Notes under the pieces: generated by a model | The model's database searches: none | Told to the model about the DNA's origin: nothing | The model's input: the letters and a program-made list of their open reading frames with translations, nothing else | Shown here: positions 47,520-57,750 of the stretch, piece by piece | How the letters are laid out: each line of letters begins with the position of its first letter | How positions within the stretch are numbered: position 1 is the first letter of the stretch | Made by a program: the position numbers and the translations under genes | Assembly (NCBI GenBank): GCA_943356485.1 | Contig: CALRFD010000006.1 | Coordinates: forward strand, 7,450-71,449 | Reading direction: 5' to 3' | Origin: Patescibacteria group bacterium | Lineage (GTDB): Bacteria; Patescibacteriota; Microgenomatia; Daviesbacterales; UBA10151 | Length of the DNA stretch: 64,000 nt

Positions 47520-47981
47520 ATGTATTCGGCCTGGGGCGTATTGGTTGGTATTTTTTTTATTTGGGCTGGAGGATTAAGTTTTCTTATTTGGCAGCAAAAT
47601 AAATTTTTAAGATCTGTTTTTCCAAAAAATGGAGAAAGAGATATTAGAAAGAAGTTCGAAGAAATTTTGGGCAGTATCTTAGGATTTGAGGAAAGATTAG
47701 CTGATCTAGAAAAAAAAATTAATGAATTGGGGATCGATGGATTAAAGCATATCCAAAAAGTGGAGTTAATGCGGTTTAATCCTTATGATGATACAGGTGG
47801 TGATCAGAGTTTTGCCGTTGCGCTTTTAGATCGTAACGGAACGGGGGTGGTAGTTACAAGTTTACATGCAAGGTCTGGAACAAGGGTTTTTGCAAAAGGT
47901 GTTATAGAAGGAAAACCGGATAAATATCAGTTTTCAGAGGAAGAGAAAAAAATAATTAAAAAAGTATTAAATGAAAAATGA
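47520..47981 (+). CDS. DUF4446 family protein
   Basis: N-terminal TM then ...RFNPYDDTGGDQSFAVALLDRNGTGVVVTSLHAR... characteristic of DUF4446. Confidence 0.6.
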   Translation: MYSAWGVLVGIFFIWAGGLSFLIWQQNKFLRSVFPKNGERDIRKKFEEILGSILGFEERLADLEKKINELGIDGLKHIQKVELMRFNPYDDTGGDQSFAVALLDRNGTGVVVTSLHARSGTRVFAKGVIEGKPDKYQFSEEEKKIIKKVLNEK

Positions 47982-49165
47982 ATAACATTATTAAAATATT
48001 CCAAAATTTAACTAATATACAAAAGGTTTTAGTTCTCATAATCTTAGCAACTATTTTTTACGGTTTTTCAACCAGCATAGCTTATTCCCTATTTAGTAAA
48101 GTTTCATTTACCTCGCAAACTAAAACTTCAACCTCTGGTGCTTCGGTGCCTGCTCCTGCAAGTGTAGTTATGGAAGATCCAAATGAGCCAAAGACTGAAA
48201 GTTGTCCTTTGAATGGGTCGCTGCATACAAAAAGAGCTAAAGACTCTTGGGATCAAAGAAGACCTTTGGCTGTTATGATTGAAAATCATTCAGAAGCAAG
48301 GCCTCAGTCAGGACTATCCAGTGCAGATGTTGTTTATGAAGCTGTTGCAGAAGGTGGAATAACTAGGTTTATGGGGCTTTTTTATTGTAATCTTTCTGAT
48401 ATACAGGTAGGTCCTGTAAGATCAGCGAGAACTTATTTTGTTGACTGGTTAAGTGAATATAATGCTCTGTATGCTCATGTGGGTGGAGCAAATACTCCTG
48501 GTCCAGCTGATGCTTTAGGTCAAATTATTAAATATGATATTAAAGATTTGAACCAATTTAGCATTGGGTTTCCTGTTTATTGGAGGGACTACCAAAGATT
48601 AGGTCATCCGGTTGCAACAGAGCATACGATGTATTCAACTACTCAAAAATTGTGGGAGGTTGGTAGCAAGAGAGGCTGGACAGCAACAGATTCAGCTGGC
48701 ATAAAATGGGATGTAAAATTTACTCCCTGGAAGTTTGCTAAGGATGAAAAAGGTGGTGGTACAACCAGCAAAATCACTGTTAACTTTTGGGAAAGTCAGC
48801 CTGAATATGCTGTTGAGTGGAACTATGATTCTGCCTCAAATACTTACAAAAGAAAAAATGGAGGTGCCGCCCATATGGATTTGGATAATAATATGCAACT
48901 TTCACCTAAGTCAGTTGTTATTCAATTTGAGAAAGAAGCTAATGCTAATGACGGATATCCGGGGAACGTACATTTATTATATGGAACTATTGGTAGCGGT
49001 AAAGCCTTATTTTTCCAAAACGGAACTGTGGTTGAAGGTAAGTGGAATAAATCATCAAGACTCGCGAGAAGTAAATATGTAGATTCAGCTGGCAAGGAGA
49101 TTGAATTCGATAAAGGGCAAATTTGGATTCAAACTGTCCCGGAGGGATCCAAGGTAAGTTATTAA
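47978..49165 (+). CDS. DUF3048 domain-containing exported protein
   Basis: RPLAVMIENHSEARPQSGLSSADVVYEAVAEGGITRFMGLF matches the DUF3048 N-terminal domain; N-terminal TM/signal. Confidence 0.65.
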   Translation: MNNIIKIFQNLTNIQKVLVLIILATIFYGFSTSIAYSLFSKVSFTSQTKTSTSGASVPAPASVVMEDPNEPKTESCPLNGSLHTKRAKDSWDQRRPLAVMIENHSEARPQSGLSSADVVYEAVAEGGITRFMGLFYCNLSDIQVGPVRSARTYFVDWLSEYNALYAHVGGANTPGPADALGQIIKYDIKDLNQFSIGFPVYWRDYQRLGHPVATEHTMYSTTQKLWEVGSKRGWTATDSAGIKWDVKFTPWKFAKDEKGGGTTSKITVNFWESQPEYAVEWNYDSASNTYKRKNGGAAHMDLDNNMQLSPKSVVIQFEKEANANDGYPGNVHLLYGTIGSGKALFFQNGTVVEGKWNKSSRLARSKYVDSAGKEIEFDKGQIWIQTVPEGSKVSY

Positions 49166-49219
49166 ACAAATCTTTATAAGGGTTTGTTTCATTGATTGCC
49201 TGCCTGAAAGGAGGTAGCA

Positions 49220-49810
49220 ATGCTGGAAGAACTATTTGTTTCAAGAGTCCGGGTAAAAATATTACAACTTTTTTTGACTGCTCCACAAGAATCTCTATTT
49301 CATGTTCGTGAGATTGTGCGTAGAGTTTCTGAAGAGATAAACGCCGTTCGTAGGGAGCTTGCACGGATGGAAAAGTTTGGCGAAGTTACTTCAGAATGGC
49401 GGGCGAACAGAAGACTATATAGATTTAGAAAAGATTACGTTTACTACAAGGAATTACTCTCGCTTGTAGCAAAATCTACCGGATTGGGCGGTAATTTAAT
49501 TAAGAATAAAAATAAACTTGGTAAAATTAAGTTTGCTTTTGTCTCAACTCTTTTTTTAAAAGGGGTTTCTTCCTCACAAGGTGATATTGATTTGCTGGTT
49601 GTAGGAAGTATCGTTTTGCCAGAGCTTCAAGCAATTATCGCAGATGAACAGGCGAAAAGGGAATCCGAAATAAATTATTCCTTTATGGATGAGGCAGAAT
49701 TTAAGTTTAGAGTTAAGAGAAGAGATCCTTTTATATTGCATGTATTAATACAGCCTAAAGTAATGCTGATAGGTGATGAAGATGAGTTATTAGAAGGAGT
49801 AATGGTATAG
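49220..49810 (+). CDS. hypothetical winged-helix regulator-like protein
   Basis: Predicted wHTH N-terminus (..VRVKILQLF....HVREIVRRV...); C-terminal domain of unknown function. Confidence 0.4.
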   Translation: MLEELFVSRVRVKILQLFLTAPQESLFHVREIVRRVSEEINAVRRELARMEKFGEVTSEWRANRRLYRFRKDYVYYKELLSLVAKSTGLGGNLIKNKNKLGKIKFAFVSTLFLKGVSSSQGDIDLLVVGSIVLPELQAIIADEQAKRESEINYSFMDEAEFKFRVKRRDPFILHVLIQPKVMLIGDEDELLEGVMV

Positions 49811-49886
49811 CTTTAAAATCTATCGTCTGGATCACTTATCGCAAATCATGATATTGTTAACTAATCTTAAGGTTTAATATTAATAT

Positions 49887-51173
49887 ATGAAAAGCAACCC
49901 AACAATTTGGTTTATTTTATTTTTAGTGTTTGTTGCTTTAGTAATAGATTTTCCAACAATACCCAGATTTAAGATATTAGGAAGAAGTGTTGAATTAAAA
50001 TTTAACTTAAAGCTAGGTTTGGATTTACAAGGAGGCTCACAACTTATTCTGCAGGCCGAAACAGATAAATTAAAGATTGAAGATCGCGATGATGCTTTGG
50101 CATCAGTAAGGGAAGTTATCGAAAGAAGGGTTAATAATTTTGGGGTTTCAGAAAGTAGGGTTCAAACCTCAAAAATTGGCGAACAAAGAAGGGTGATAGT
50201 TGATTTACCCGGATTAAAAGACTCAACAGCAGCAGCAGAGTTAGTAGGCAAGACTGCCAAGTTGGATTTTCGTGAATTACCGGCAACTCTTTCTGCCCAG
50301 GCTACGGGGTCAGCGATAATTGCTATTTTGGAATCTGTACCGACCGGTTTGACAGGAGCGGATTTGATTAAAGCCAGCCCAACTTTTGGAGGTGGCCGAA
50401 GCAGTGGTCCTCAAATTGGTTTAAAATTTAATGATGAGGGGGCAAAAAAGTTTGAAGCCATTACTAAAAGAAACATTGGAAAACCGCTAGCAATATTCCT
50501 AGACGATCAGTTGCTTGAAGCTCCGACTGTTCAAGGAGAAATCATAGGCTCAGATGCAGTTATTACAGGTAAGTTTACAATAGATCAGGTTAAAACAATC
50601 GCTACCCAATTAAATGCAGGAGCCTTAAAAGTCCCGGTTAAAATTATTGATCAGCATTCTATTGGTCCGGAATTAGGACAGCAGTCAATCAACAAAAGTT
50701 TGGCTGCTGGAGTTATAGGACTTAGTATAGTTATGTTTTATATGGCTTTTAACTATGGTTTTTTTGGAATAATTGCAGATGTTGCATTAATTATTTATTC
50801 AATTTTAGTTTTGGCAATTTTTAAAACAGGATTGTTTATCTTACCACCAATAACCTTAAGTTTATCAGGAATTGCCGGGTTTATTCTATCAATTGGAATG
50901 GCAGTTGATGCTAATATTTTGATTTTTGAGAGAATGAAGGAAGAAAGAAGATGGGGAAAGAGTCAATTATTAGCCTTGGAGCTAGGTTTTAAAAGAGCCT
51001 GGTCTTCTATTTGGGCTTCAAACGTCTCTTCACTTATTACTGCAATCATTTTATATAGTATGGGTCAATCTTTAGTTCGTGGCTTTGCGATAACGTTAGC
51101 TATTGGAGTTCTGGTGTCAATGTTTACGGCAGTTGTAGTAACAAAGACTCTTTTAAAATTAATAGTTAGATAA
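49887..51173 (+). CDS. secD: protein translocase subunit SecD
   Basis: N-terminal TM, periplasmic domain, C-terminal 6-TM bundle; ...LGLDLQGG... motif. Confidence 0.88.
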   Translation: MKSNPTIWFILFLVFVALVIDFPTIPRFKILGRSVELKFNLKLGLDLQGGSQLILQAETDKLKIEDRDDALASVREVIERRVNNFGVSESRVQTSKIGEQRRVIVDLPGLKDSTAAAELVGKTAKLDFRELPATLSAQATGSAIIAILESVPTGLTGADLIKASPTFGGGRSSGPQIGLKFNDEGAKKFEAITKRNIGKPLAIFLDDQLLEAPTVQGEIIGSDAVITGKFTIDQVKTIATQLNAGALKVPVKIIDQHSIGPELGQQSINKSLAAGVIGLSIVMFYMAFNYGFFGIIADVALIIYSILVLAIFKTGLFILPPITLSLSGIAGFILSIGMAVDANILIFERMKEERRWGKSQLLALELGFKRAWSSIWASNVSSLITAIILYSMGQSLVRGFAITLAIGVLVSMFTAVVVTKTLLKLIVR

Positions 51174-51184
51174 AAGTTGGAAAT

Positions 51185-52060
51185 ATGCAATTTATAAGTA
51201 AAAAACCTGAATTTGAATATTTAAAAAACAAATGGGGTGTTCGTCAAAAAAAAGCCCAAAATAATTTTTGGGATAAACATGCAGATGCATTAAAACATAT
51301 TGCGCTAGGATCCTTAGGTGGATTGATCTTACTCTCCCCTCCTTCTCAGATTCAGATACCGGAACATAATTTATTGGTCAGCAGTGATGATATTATAAAG
51401 GGTTTTGATAAAAATATACTTTTAGCTAAAGTTTTATCTGATAAATTACCTGAGCCGGTTGCTCCACTGGATTCTAAATTAGAGAAAGATATTACTGATA
51501 TTTTATCTTCCCAATTTGGTTTTAAAGTTACGTCAGAGTTAGATAATATTAAACTAAACAGAAACTATGGATTTATAGGGGGAGAACAGCATTTATATCG
51601 GTATCCGGGAGATAATCTATATGCTCACGCTGAAAATGCGATTGATTGGGCAAAATATGGCGATGCGGGAGTGGCGCCTGGTTTAGGAGCATGGGGGTAT
51701 TTTGCTACCTCCAAAGAAGCATTTACAAAGCAAGATCAACAGAGAGAGCGTTATTATTTAGCAATTCAAACATTTTTAGCACCAGGATTTTCTGAAAATG
51801 TTGATAGGTATAGGGATTTTTTTAAGTTTAGAAAAATGCTGGTAGTTAACCCTATAACTGGACAGGCGGTTGTTGCGGTAATAGGGGACGCTGGACCAGC
51901 TGAATTTACAGGTAAGCATTTAGGAGGATCTCCTGAAGTTATGGATGCACTAGGTCTTGCGACAGGATCCAGAAAAGGTGCAGTATTGTATTTTTTTATC
52001 GATGATTATGAAGATAAAATTCCACTGGGGCCTGTTAAAGTAGCAGATACAAAGGCTTAA
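51185..52060 (+). CDS. membrane-anchored hypothetical protein with C-terminal RlpA-like double-psi beta-barrel-like segment
   Basis: TM near the N-terminus; C-terminal VVAVIGDAGPAEFTGKHLGGSPEVMDALGL resembles the RlpA/DPBB signature (D.GP...G...S.A...LG). Confidence 0.35.
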   Translation: MQFISKKPEFEYLKNKWGVRQKKAQNNFWDKHADALKHIALGSLGGLILLSPPSQIQIPEHNLLVSSDDIIKGFDKNILLAKVLSDKLPEPVAPLDSKLEKDITDILSSQFGFKVTSELDNIKLNRNYGFIGGEQHLYRYPGDNLYAHAENAIDWAKYGDAGVAPGLGAWGYFATSKEAFTKQDQQRERYYLAIQTFLAPGFSENVDRYRDFFKFRKMLVVNPITGQAVVAVIGDAGPAEFTGKHLGGSPEVMDALGLATGSRKGAVLYFFIDDYEDKIPLGPVKVADTKA

Positions 52061-52094
52061 GGTGAAGTGTTACGATATAAAAATTAATTAAAAT

Positions 52095-52454
52095 ATGAGT
52101 CTTTTTTATAGTCATTTAATTGAGATAGAATCTATAATCGTAGAATTAGATCAGATGGGTTTAAGCTCCCGGGAAAAAACGCGCCTAGCAGCTATTTTAG
52201 ACGATTCACTGCACCACACAATTTTAGATGCAATATTTACTCAACTAAGTGATGAGGATAAAAAAGTTTTTGTAATGCATTTATCTAAAGGTTCGCATGA
52301 TAAGATCTGGGATTTTTTAAACAAGAAGATTGATCATGTTGAAGATAAAATTAAAGCTGTAGCAGAGGAGTTGAAAAAAGAGCTTCATAAAGATATATTG
52401 GAGGCTCGTAAAAGGCGAAGTTCGGTGGAGGCAACAAAGAAAACAAATGATTAA
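52095..52454 (+). CDS. hypothetical protein (119 aa)
   Basis: ORF between secD and secF that overlaps the secF start; no recognisable family. Confidence 0.4.
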   Translation: MSLFYSHLIEIESIIVELDQMGLSSREKTRLAAILDDSLHHTILDAIFTQLSDEDKKVFVMHLSKGSHDKIWDFLNKKIDHVEDKIKAVAEELKKELHKDILEARKRRSSVEATKKTND

Positions 52455-53334
52455 TCTGATGCGTTTTAAGGTTTTATATTTTGTTTTTTCTTTATTAATT
52501 ATACTGCCTGGCTTATACTATCTTCTAACTTCAGGATTAAAATTAGGGATAGATTTTACAGGTGGGGCGTTAATTGAATACAAATTTAATAAAAATATAA
52601 GCATAGAAGAATTAAAACAAGCCATAACAAAAGATGGTGTTGAAGTTGGTGGTATTAGCTTAACTGATAGCAAGACTTATATTATAAGGACAAAACCAAT
52701 TGAGCAAGCAAAGATCAATTCCTTAAAGGTTAATTTAAGCAGTAAGTTTGGTAATGTTGAGGAAAGAAGAGTAGAAAATGTAGGTCCTGTGATAGGGTCA
52801 GAATTAAAACAAAAAGCAACCTTAGCCCTAATATTATCTTCCTTGGCGATAGTTTTGTATATAGCATTTTCTTTTAGAAAAATACCAAAGCCAGAGTCTT
52901 CTTTACGGTTTGGTATAGCCGCAGTTGTTGCATTAATTCATGATATTTTGGTTGTAGTAGGAATTTTTGCTATTTTAGGAAAATATTGGGGAGTTGAGAT
53001 AGACACACTTTTTGTAACAGCATTACTAACTATAGTTGGTTTTTCAGTACATGACACCATTGTTGTTTTTGATAGAATCAGGGAGAACTTAACAAAAAAT
53101 ATTGGGAAAAAATTTATTGATGTGGCAAATATTTCTGTGGTACAAACCTTAGGCAGGTCTTTGAATACCTCCTTAACAGTTATTTTTGTTCTTTTAGCAT
53201 TACTACTTTTTGGAGGTGAAACCATAAAATGGTTTGTCTTTGCCCTTTTAGTTGGAATTATCTCTGGGACTTATTCCTCAATTTTTAATGCTACAGCTTT
53301 ACTGGTTTGGTGGGAAGAAAAATTAGGTCATTAA
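52447..53334 (+). CDS. secF: protein translocase subunit SecF
   Basis: ...LGIDFTGGALIEY... and 6-TM bundle typical of SecF. Confidence 0.88.
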   Translation: MINLMRFKVLYFVFSLLIILPGLYYLLTSGLKLGIDFTGGALIEYKFNKNISIEELKQAITKDGVEVGGISLTDSKTYIIRTKPIEQAKINSLKVNLSSKFGNVEERRVENVGPVIGSELKQKATLALILSSLAIVLYIAFSFRKIPKPESSLRFGIAAVVALIHDILVVVGIFAILGKYWGVEIDTLFVTALLTIVGFSVHDTIVVFDRIRENLTKNIGKKFIDVANISVVQTLGRSLNTSLTVIFVLLALLLFGGETIKWFVFALLVGIISGTYSSIFNATALLVWWEEKLGH

Positions 53335-53426
53335 TTAGAATCAAGCTACTAGAATTTAGAATTAAGCTTTTGGTTCAATAAATTCTTTTGAACCTTTAAT
53401 TAAACCATTTATTAGTTTGTTTACTT

Positions 53427-53750
53427 CTATTGTTTGATTGGCAATCTCAAGGAATTTTCATTGCTAATATACCCTACGTCTCTTGAAACAAGCAGTTGGT
53501 TTTGTAGCTCAGTGGAAGAACCCAGAGACATGTAGTAGAACTGAACCTTTTCTTTAAAAGATTTACGAGAAAATCCTTCAGCAATATTACTTGTAATTGA
53601 GATTGCACATCTTCGCATTTGGTCTACTAAAGAATATATTTCTTCTTTTGGAAATGACTTAGTGACTACATAAACAGATAAAACTAACTGATGAGCTTTT
53701 TGCCACGTAATTAAATCAGTGAATGATTTAATTTTCAAAGCTTGATTCAT
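53427..53750 (-). CDS. four-helix-bundle protein (TIGR02436 / 23S rRNA IVS-protein family)
   Basis: ITWQKAHQLVLSVY..TKSFPKEEIYSLVDQMRRCAISITSNIAEGFSRKS signature. Confidence 0.7.
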   Translation of the reverse strand: MNQALKIKSFTDLITWQKAHQLVLSVYVVTKSFPKEEIYSLVDQMRRCAISITSNIAEGFSRKSFKEKVQFYYMSLGSSTELQNQLLVSRDVGYISNENSLRLPIKQ

Positions 53751-55132
53751 GATTCTAAATTCTCGATTCTAGCTAAAAGATAATCGCGATTATTTTTAGC
53801 TGAATTCTCTTGTACTTCCTCAAAAAGTTTTTGTAGCATTTCTCCCACTTTTCGTCCGGGTTTTATGTTTAAAGTTTCCATCACGTCTTTTCCGTTTACT
53901 TTTAGATCAGAGATAGAAAAAGGCTTTTTTAAAACCTCCTGTATTCTTTCTTTAAATTTTTCCATTCTCCAAGAGACTGCATTTTGTGTTCCTCCGCCCA
54001 GTCTATCTGCAACTCTGACTGCCATCATATCATCTATATTCTCTGTCCCTACATTTTTGATAAATCTGCGGATGGCTGAATCTGTTTGTTTCTCATCTAG
54101 GGTAAACATATGCCACCTTACTAACTTGTATAACTTATCAGTTTCTTTTTTAGACAGGTTGAATCGTCTGGCGATATTTAAAACAATTTTCCCGCCTACA
54201 AAATCATGGTTATAGAAAGTTACATTTTCATCTGCTTGAGTTTGAACGGTGTCCGGTTTACCTATATCATGAAGTAATGCAGCGAGCCGTACTAAAGGAT
54301 CAGAAGAAGGGCAGGTTTTTAAAGAAAGAAACGAATGCTCGCCAATATCATATATTCTATCGTGTTTTGGTCCTTCCTGTTGCAGTCCAAAACATCTTTC
54401 AAGTTCCGGTAATATAATCTGCAGAATCCCTGTTTCTCTAAGTTTAAGGATACCTTCATAATGATTTTCAGAGGCAAGGATTTTAAAAAGTTCATCCCTG
54501 ACTCTTTCGCTGGCAATATCTTTAATTAAGGTAACATTTTTTGCGATCGCATTTTTTGTTGCCATTTCAATTTCAAAGTTTAATTTTGCAGCAATCCTGA
54601 TAGCTCTGATAAGACGAAGAGCATCTTCCTGAAAGCGGGTATCAGGATTTCCTACGCATCGAATAATTTTATTTTTAATATCATTTTGACCCTTAAAGGG
54701 ATCAACTATTTTTTCATCAGAAGACAGAGCGATCGCATTTACTGTAAAGTCGCGCCTGGCTAAATCTTCCTCAATTTTATCTGTCCAGGAAACTTCCACT
54801 GGATGACGATGATCTTTATATATGCCTTCTTTCCGCATGGTTGTTATCTCATACACCTCGGAGGAGGGTTTACTCGAGAGTTCAACGGACTCACTCCCCT
54901 CCGAGGTGGTTTTTACTGGTATTCCAACTGTGCCAAATTTATTATCATTAAAGGCATCCGGGTATAGTTTTAAAATTTCCTCAGGTTTGGCATCAGTGGA
55001 AAAATCCCAATCAGAAACGGGTTTACCCATTAAAAGATCACGAACAGCTCCTCCAACAATATAAATTTGGAATTTTTCTTTTTCAAATTTTTCTAAAATA
55101 TTTCTTACTGCTTCAGGTAGTGTATAATTCAT
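53747..55132 (-). CDS. cca: CCA-adding tRNA nucleotidyltransferase with HD domain; carries an in-frame palindromic insert
   Basis: PolyA-pol head IVGGAVRDLLMGKPVSDWDFST and HD motif LLHDIGKP. Confidence 0.88.
   Translation of the reverse strand: MNYTLPEAVRNILEKFEKEKFQIYIVGGAVRDLLMGKPVSDWDFSTDAKPEEILKLYPDAFNDNKFGTVGIPVKTTSEGSESVELSSKPSSEVYEITTMRKEGIYKDHRHPVEVSWTDKIEEDLARRDFTVNAIALSSDEKIVDPFKGQNDIKNKIIRCVGNPDTRFQEDALRLIRAIRIAAKLNFEIEMATKNAIAKNVTLIKDIASERVRDELFKILASENHYEGILKLRETGILQIILPELERCFGLQQEGPKHDRIYDIGEHSFLSLKTCPSSDPLVRLAALLHDIGKPDTVQTQADENVTFYNHDFVGGKIVLNIARRFNLSKKETDKLYKLVRWHMFTLDEKQTDSAIRRFIKNVGTENIDDMMAVRVADRLGGGTQNAVSWRMEKFKERIQEVLKKPFSISDLKVNGKDVMETLNIKPGRKVGEMLQKLFEEVQENSAKNNRDYLLARIENLES
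54854..54909. repeat. GC-rich palindromic element family B (CACCTCGGAGG-N33-CCTCCGAGGTGG) in-frame inside cca
   Basis: Same 11-bp inverted-repeat arms as the miaA copy at 42438-42474. Confidence 0.7.
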
Positions 55133-55155
55133 AGCGTAATTGTAACTAATGTACT

Positions 55156-56805
55156 ATGAAATGGAAAGTGGCTCCGAAATCTTCTGATGATATTGTAGAA
55201 CAAATATTAATAAATCGTGGAATAAAAACTTTGGAGGAACGTGAAGACTTTTTTAATCCTAAAATATCCGATTATGAAAAAGATATGCAGATACCAGGAA
55301 TTGAAAAAGCATTAGAAAGAATTAAAAAGGCGATAGAAGAAAAAGAGTTAATAATTGTTTTTGGAGATTATGATGTTGATGGGATCTCTGCCTGTGCAAT
55401 TTTATATAAAAGTTTAACTTCAATTGGAGCAAAGGTGCTACCCTATATTCCACACCGGGAAAAAGAAGGTTATGGTTTATCCAGACAAGGATTGGAATTT
55501 GCCAAAAGTTCCGGGGCACAAGTAGTAATCACTGTAGATAATGGAATTGTAGCAATAGAACAAGCAAAATTTGCAAAAACATTAGGGCTGGATTTAATAA
55601 TAACTGATCATCATCTGCCTTTGGATAAACTACCTGAGGCTTATGCCATAGTTCATTCTACCAAAATGTGTGGGGCAGCGGTGGCCTGGTGCTTGATAAA
55701 AGACTCAATAAGTAAAGACCTAGCAAAAGAGCTTCTGCAGTTTGTGGCCATTGCCACAGTTTGTGATTTAATCCCGCTAATTGGTTTAGGAAGAGCGTTT
55801 GTTTTTGAAGGGTTGAAGCTATTAAATAAAACTAAAAATTTAGGGCTAATTGAATTAATAAATGAATCAGGAATAAAAGGAGAGATCGGCTCCTTTGAGA
55901 TAGGGTATATATTAGGACCAAGATTAAATGCGATTGGCAGACTAGAGCATGCCATTGATGCTTTAAGACTGCTTTGTACAAAAGATTTAACCAAAGCCCG
56001 CAAATTAGCAAAAGTTTTATGTGAGGTCAATATCCAGCGGCAAACTCTAACTAAAACTGCCATAGAGGAAGCGAAATTATTAATTTCCAAAGATAAAAAG
56101 ATACATGTTTTATTCAGTAAGGATTGGGCATCAGGGATAATTGGACTAATTGCCGGCAAAATTGCTGAAGAATATTCTAGGCCGACAATTGCCATATCTG
56201 TTGGAGAAACCTTCTCTAAAGGTTCAGCCAGGTCAGTGGCTGGAGTTAATATTGTGGAGCTGATCAGGGAATTTTCTGATATCTTAGTTGACGTAGGTGG
56301 ACATCCGGGTGCAGCGGGATTTTCTATAGAAACAAAACATCTAGCAGTTTTTAAATCCAGAATAGAAAAAAGCGTTTTATCCCTACCGGATGGGGCAGAA
56401 CAGATTTTGGAAGTAGACGCACTAGTTGACACTAATCAATTAAACAAGAGTCTGGTGGAAAGTTTACAAAAATTTCAACCCTTTGGTTTTAAAAATCCCA
56501 GACCAATACTAATAACATATGGGGTAAGAATTTCAGATATAAAAACAGTGGGTCAAGCCCGCCTGCCAAAGACTGGCACTGTCGGGCAGGGCAAGCATTT
56601 AAAATTTAAAGTTTCCCCTCCTGTCATCCTGAGTGGAGCACAGCGAAGCGAAGGATCTATAGATTGTATTGCTTTTAATATGGGTCAACTGCAGGGTAGT
56701 CTGCAAAAAGCTCATGAGATTGATCTGGCATATACTCCAGAAATTGATAGCTATAATGGTTTTGAAAAACTGCAGTTAAAAATTAAAGATATAAAAATTA
56801 AATAA
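55156..56805 (+). CDS. recJ: single-stranded-DNA-specific exonuclease RecJ; carries an in-frame palindromic insert near the C-terminus
   Basis: DHH motifs (VFGDYDVDGISA, ITDHH) and DHHA1 domain; 549 aa. Confidence 0.88.
   Translation: MKWKVAPKSSDDIVEQILINRGIKTLEEREDFFNPKISDYEKDMQIPGIEKALERIKKAIEEKELIIVFGDYDVDGISACAILYKSLTSIGAKVLPYIPHREKEGYGLSRQGLEFAKSSGAQVVITVDNGIVAIEQAKFAKTLGLDLIITDHHLPLDKLPEAYAIVHSTKMCGAAVAWCLIKDSISKDLAKELLQFVAIATVCDLIPLIGLGRAFVFEGLKLLNKTKNLGLIELINESGIKGEIGSFEIGYILGPRLNAIGRLEHAIDALRLLCTKDLTKARKLAKVLCEVNIQRQTLTKTAIEEAKLLISKDKKIHVLFSKDWASGIIGLIAGKIAEEYSRPTIAISVGETFSKGSARSVAGVNIVELIREFSDILVDVGGHPGAAGFSIETKHLAVFKSRIEKSVLSLPDGAEQILEVDALVDTNQLNKSLVESLQKFQPFGFKNPRPILITYGVRISDIKTVGQARLPKTGTVGQGKHLKFKVSPPVILSGAQRSEGSIDCIAFNMGQLQGSLQKAHEIDLAYTPEIDSYNGFEKLQLKIKDIKIK
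56558..56590. repeat. GC-rich palindromic element family A, short copy (CCCGCCTGCCAAAGACTGGCACTGTCGGGCAGG) in-frame inside recJ
   Basis: 20-mer identical to the map 3' end (20568-20587); stem CCTGCC/GGCAGG; encodes ARLPKTGTVGQ. Confidence 0.7.
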
Positions 56806-56816
56806 TTTGAAATACC

Positions 56817-57179
56817 TCAATATTTTCTACCATTTCTTTGTTTTATTAATTCACGTCTTTTCCTGCTAATTATTGCTTCTACTTCCACCATTAAATCTAC
56901 AACCTCTTCAATTCTTTTCTGTGTTTGGTTTAATGTGTTGGCTAAAGTATTCAAATTAAGGTCTTCTCTAAATATTTCAGGCTGTCCTTCCGGTAGAACA
57001 AAAGACATTATAGTTCCCATTTCCCTTGCTAAATTTAATCTACCTTCCGTATCATCAGGTGCTAACCCTCTTAATATTCCAGTCTCAATCCATTGTTGAG
57101 TATAACTAAAAGGATTCGTTGCTGCTTGTTCAAATCTTTCAACCCAGACTTGCTGATGTGTTTTTACTTCTACTGCCAT
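56817..57179 (-). CDS. hypothetical protein (120 aa)
   Basis: ORF with its own leader hairpin, U7 tract and mini-uORF; no recognisable family. Confidence 0.45.
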   Translation of the reverse strand: MAVEVKTHQQVWVERFEQAATNPFSYTQQWIETGILRGLAPDDTEGRLNLAREMGTIMSFVLPEGQPEIFREDLNLNTLANTLNQTQKRIEEVVDLMVEVEAIISRKRRELIKQRNGRKY

Positions 57180-57356
57180 ATTTATCCGCCCTCTTTCTTA
57201 ATCATAAAAAAACCTCCCTTTAGGGAGGCTTGTCGCTTGGGTAATTTATTTAAAACTACCTGAACAAACCTCCCCTTCGTGAGGTAATAATAATTCCAAT
57301 AATTTGTATTGTCTTTGTTAGCATTTTTCTATAATACTACAAAGATTGTACAAAGT

Positions 57357-57743
57357 CTAGTTTTTTTCTTTCTTGCCTGTTAGTTCTTCTAGTCTTGATT
57401 GCATATGCTGAGATAGACTAGTTGCAATAACCAATGCTTTTTGTTGTAGCGAATTGTTACTGTGATTAACCATCGCTGTTAGATGGTCTGTTAAAAATCT
57501 TGCTTGTTCCGTTGCATAAGATTCTCTAGTTTCAGCATCTGGATCATATACAGATTGATCTGAGATAGTCCTCTCTCCCCCAGCTCTTCTTGCCATAATA
57601 GCAGAGTAAGCACTTTGTCTGGAAAGCCTGGTAACAGTGCGAGCCCCATACGGTTCTATTTGAGCAAGATCTGTCATTAGCCCATGTAAGGCGTCTACTA
57701 TTTGCATAGGTGCAATTTTTGTTTCTGTTGTCATTTTATTCAC
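57357..57743 (-). CDS. hypothetical protein (~125 aa)
   Basis: Likely start is ATG 57734 (MTTETK...), 9 nt after AAGGAGG; the track lists GTG 57743. Confidence 0.45.
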   Translation of the reverse strand: MNKMTTETKIAPMQIVDALHGLMTDLAQIEPYGARTVTRLSRQSAYSAIMARRAGGERTISDQSVYDPDAETRESYATEQARFLTDHLTAMVNHSNNSLQQKALVIATSLSQHMQSRLEELTGKKEKN

Positions 57744-57750
57744 CTCCTTT

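Noticed and set aside
55653-56432. 259-aa minus-strand ORF inside recJ, plus other antisense ORFs in the track (e.g. 956-1255, 27028-27498, 54822-55064, 62867-63187, 11547-11807).
   Set aside because: These are shadow ORFs fully embedded in well-supported genes on the opposite strand; Ser/Pro/Ile-rich composition, no RBS.
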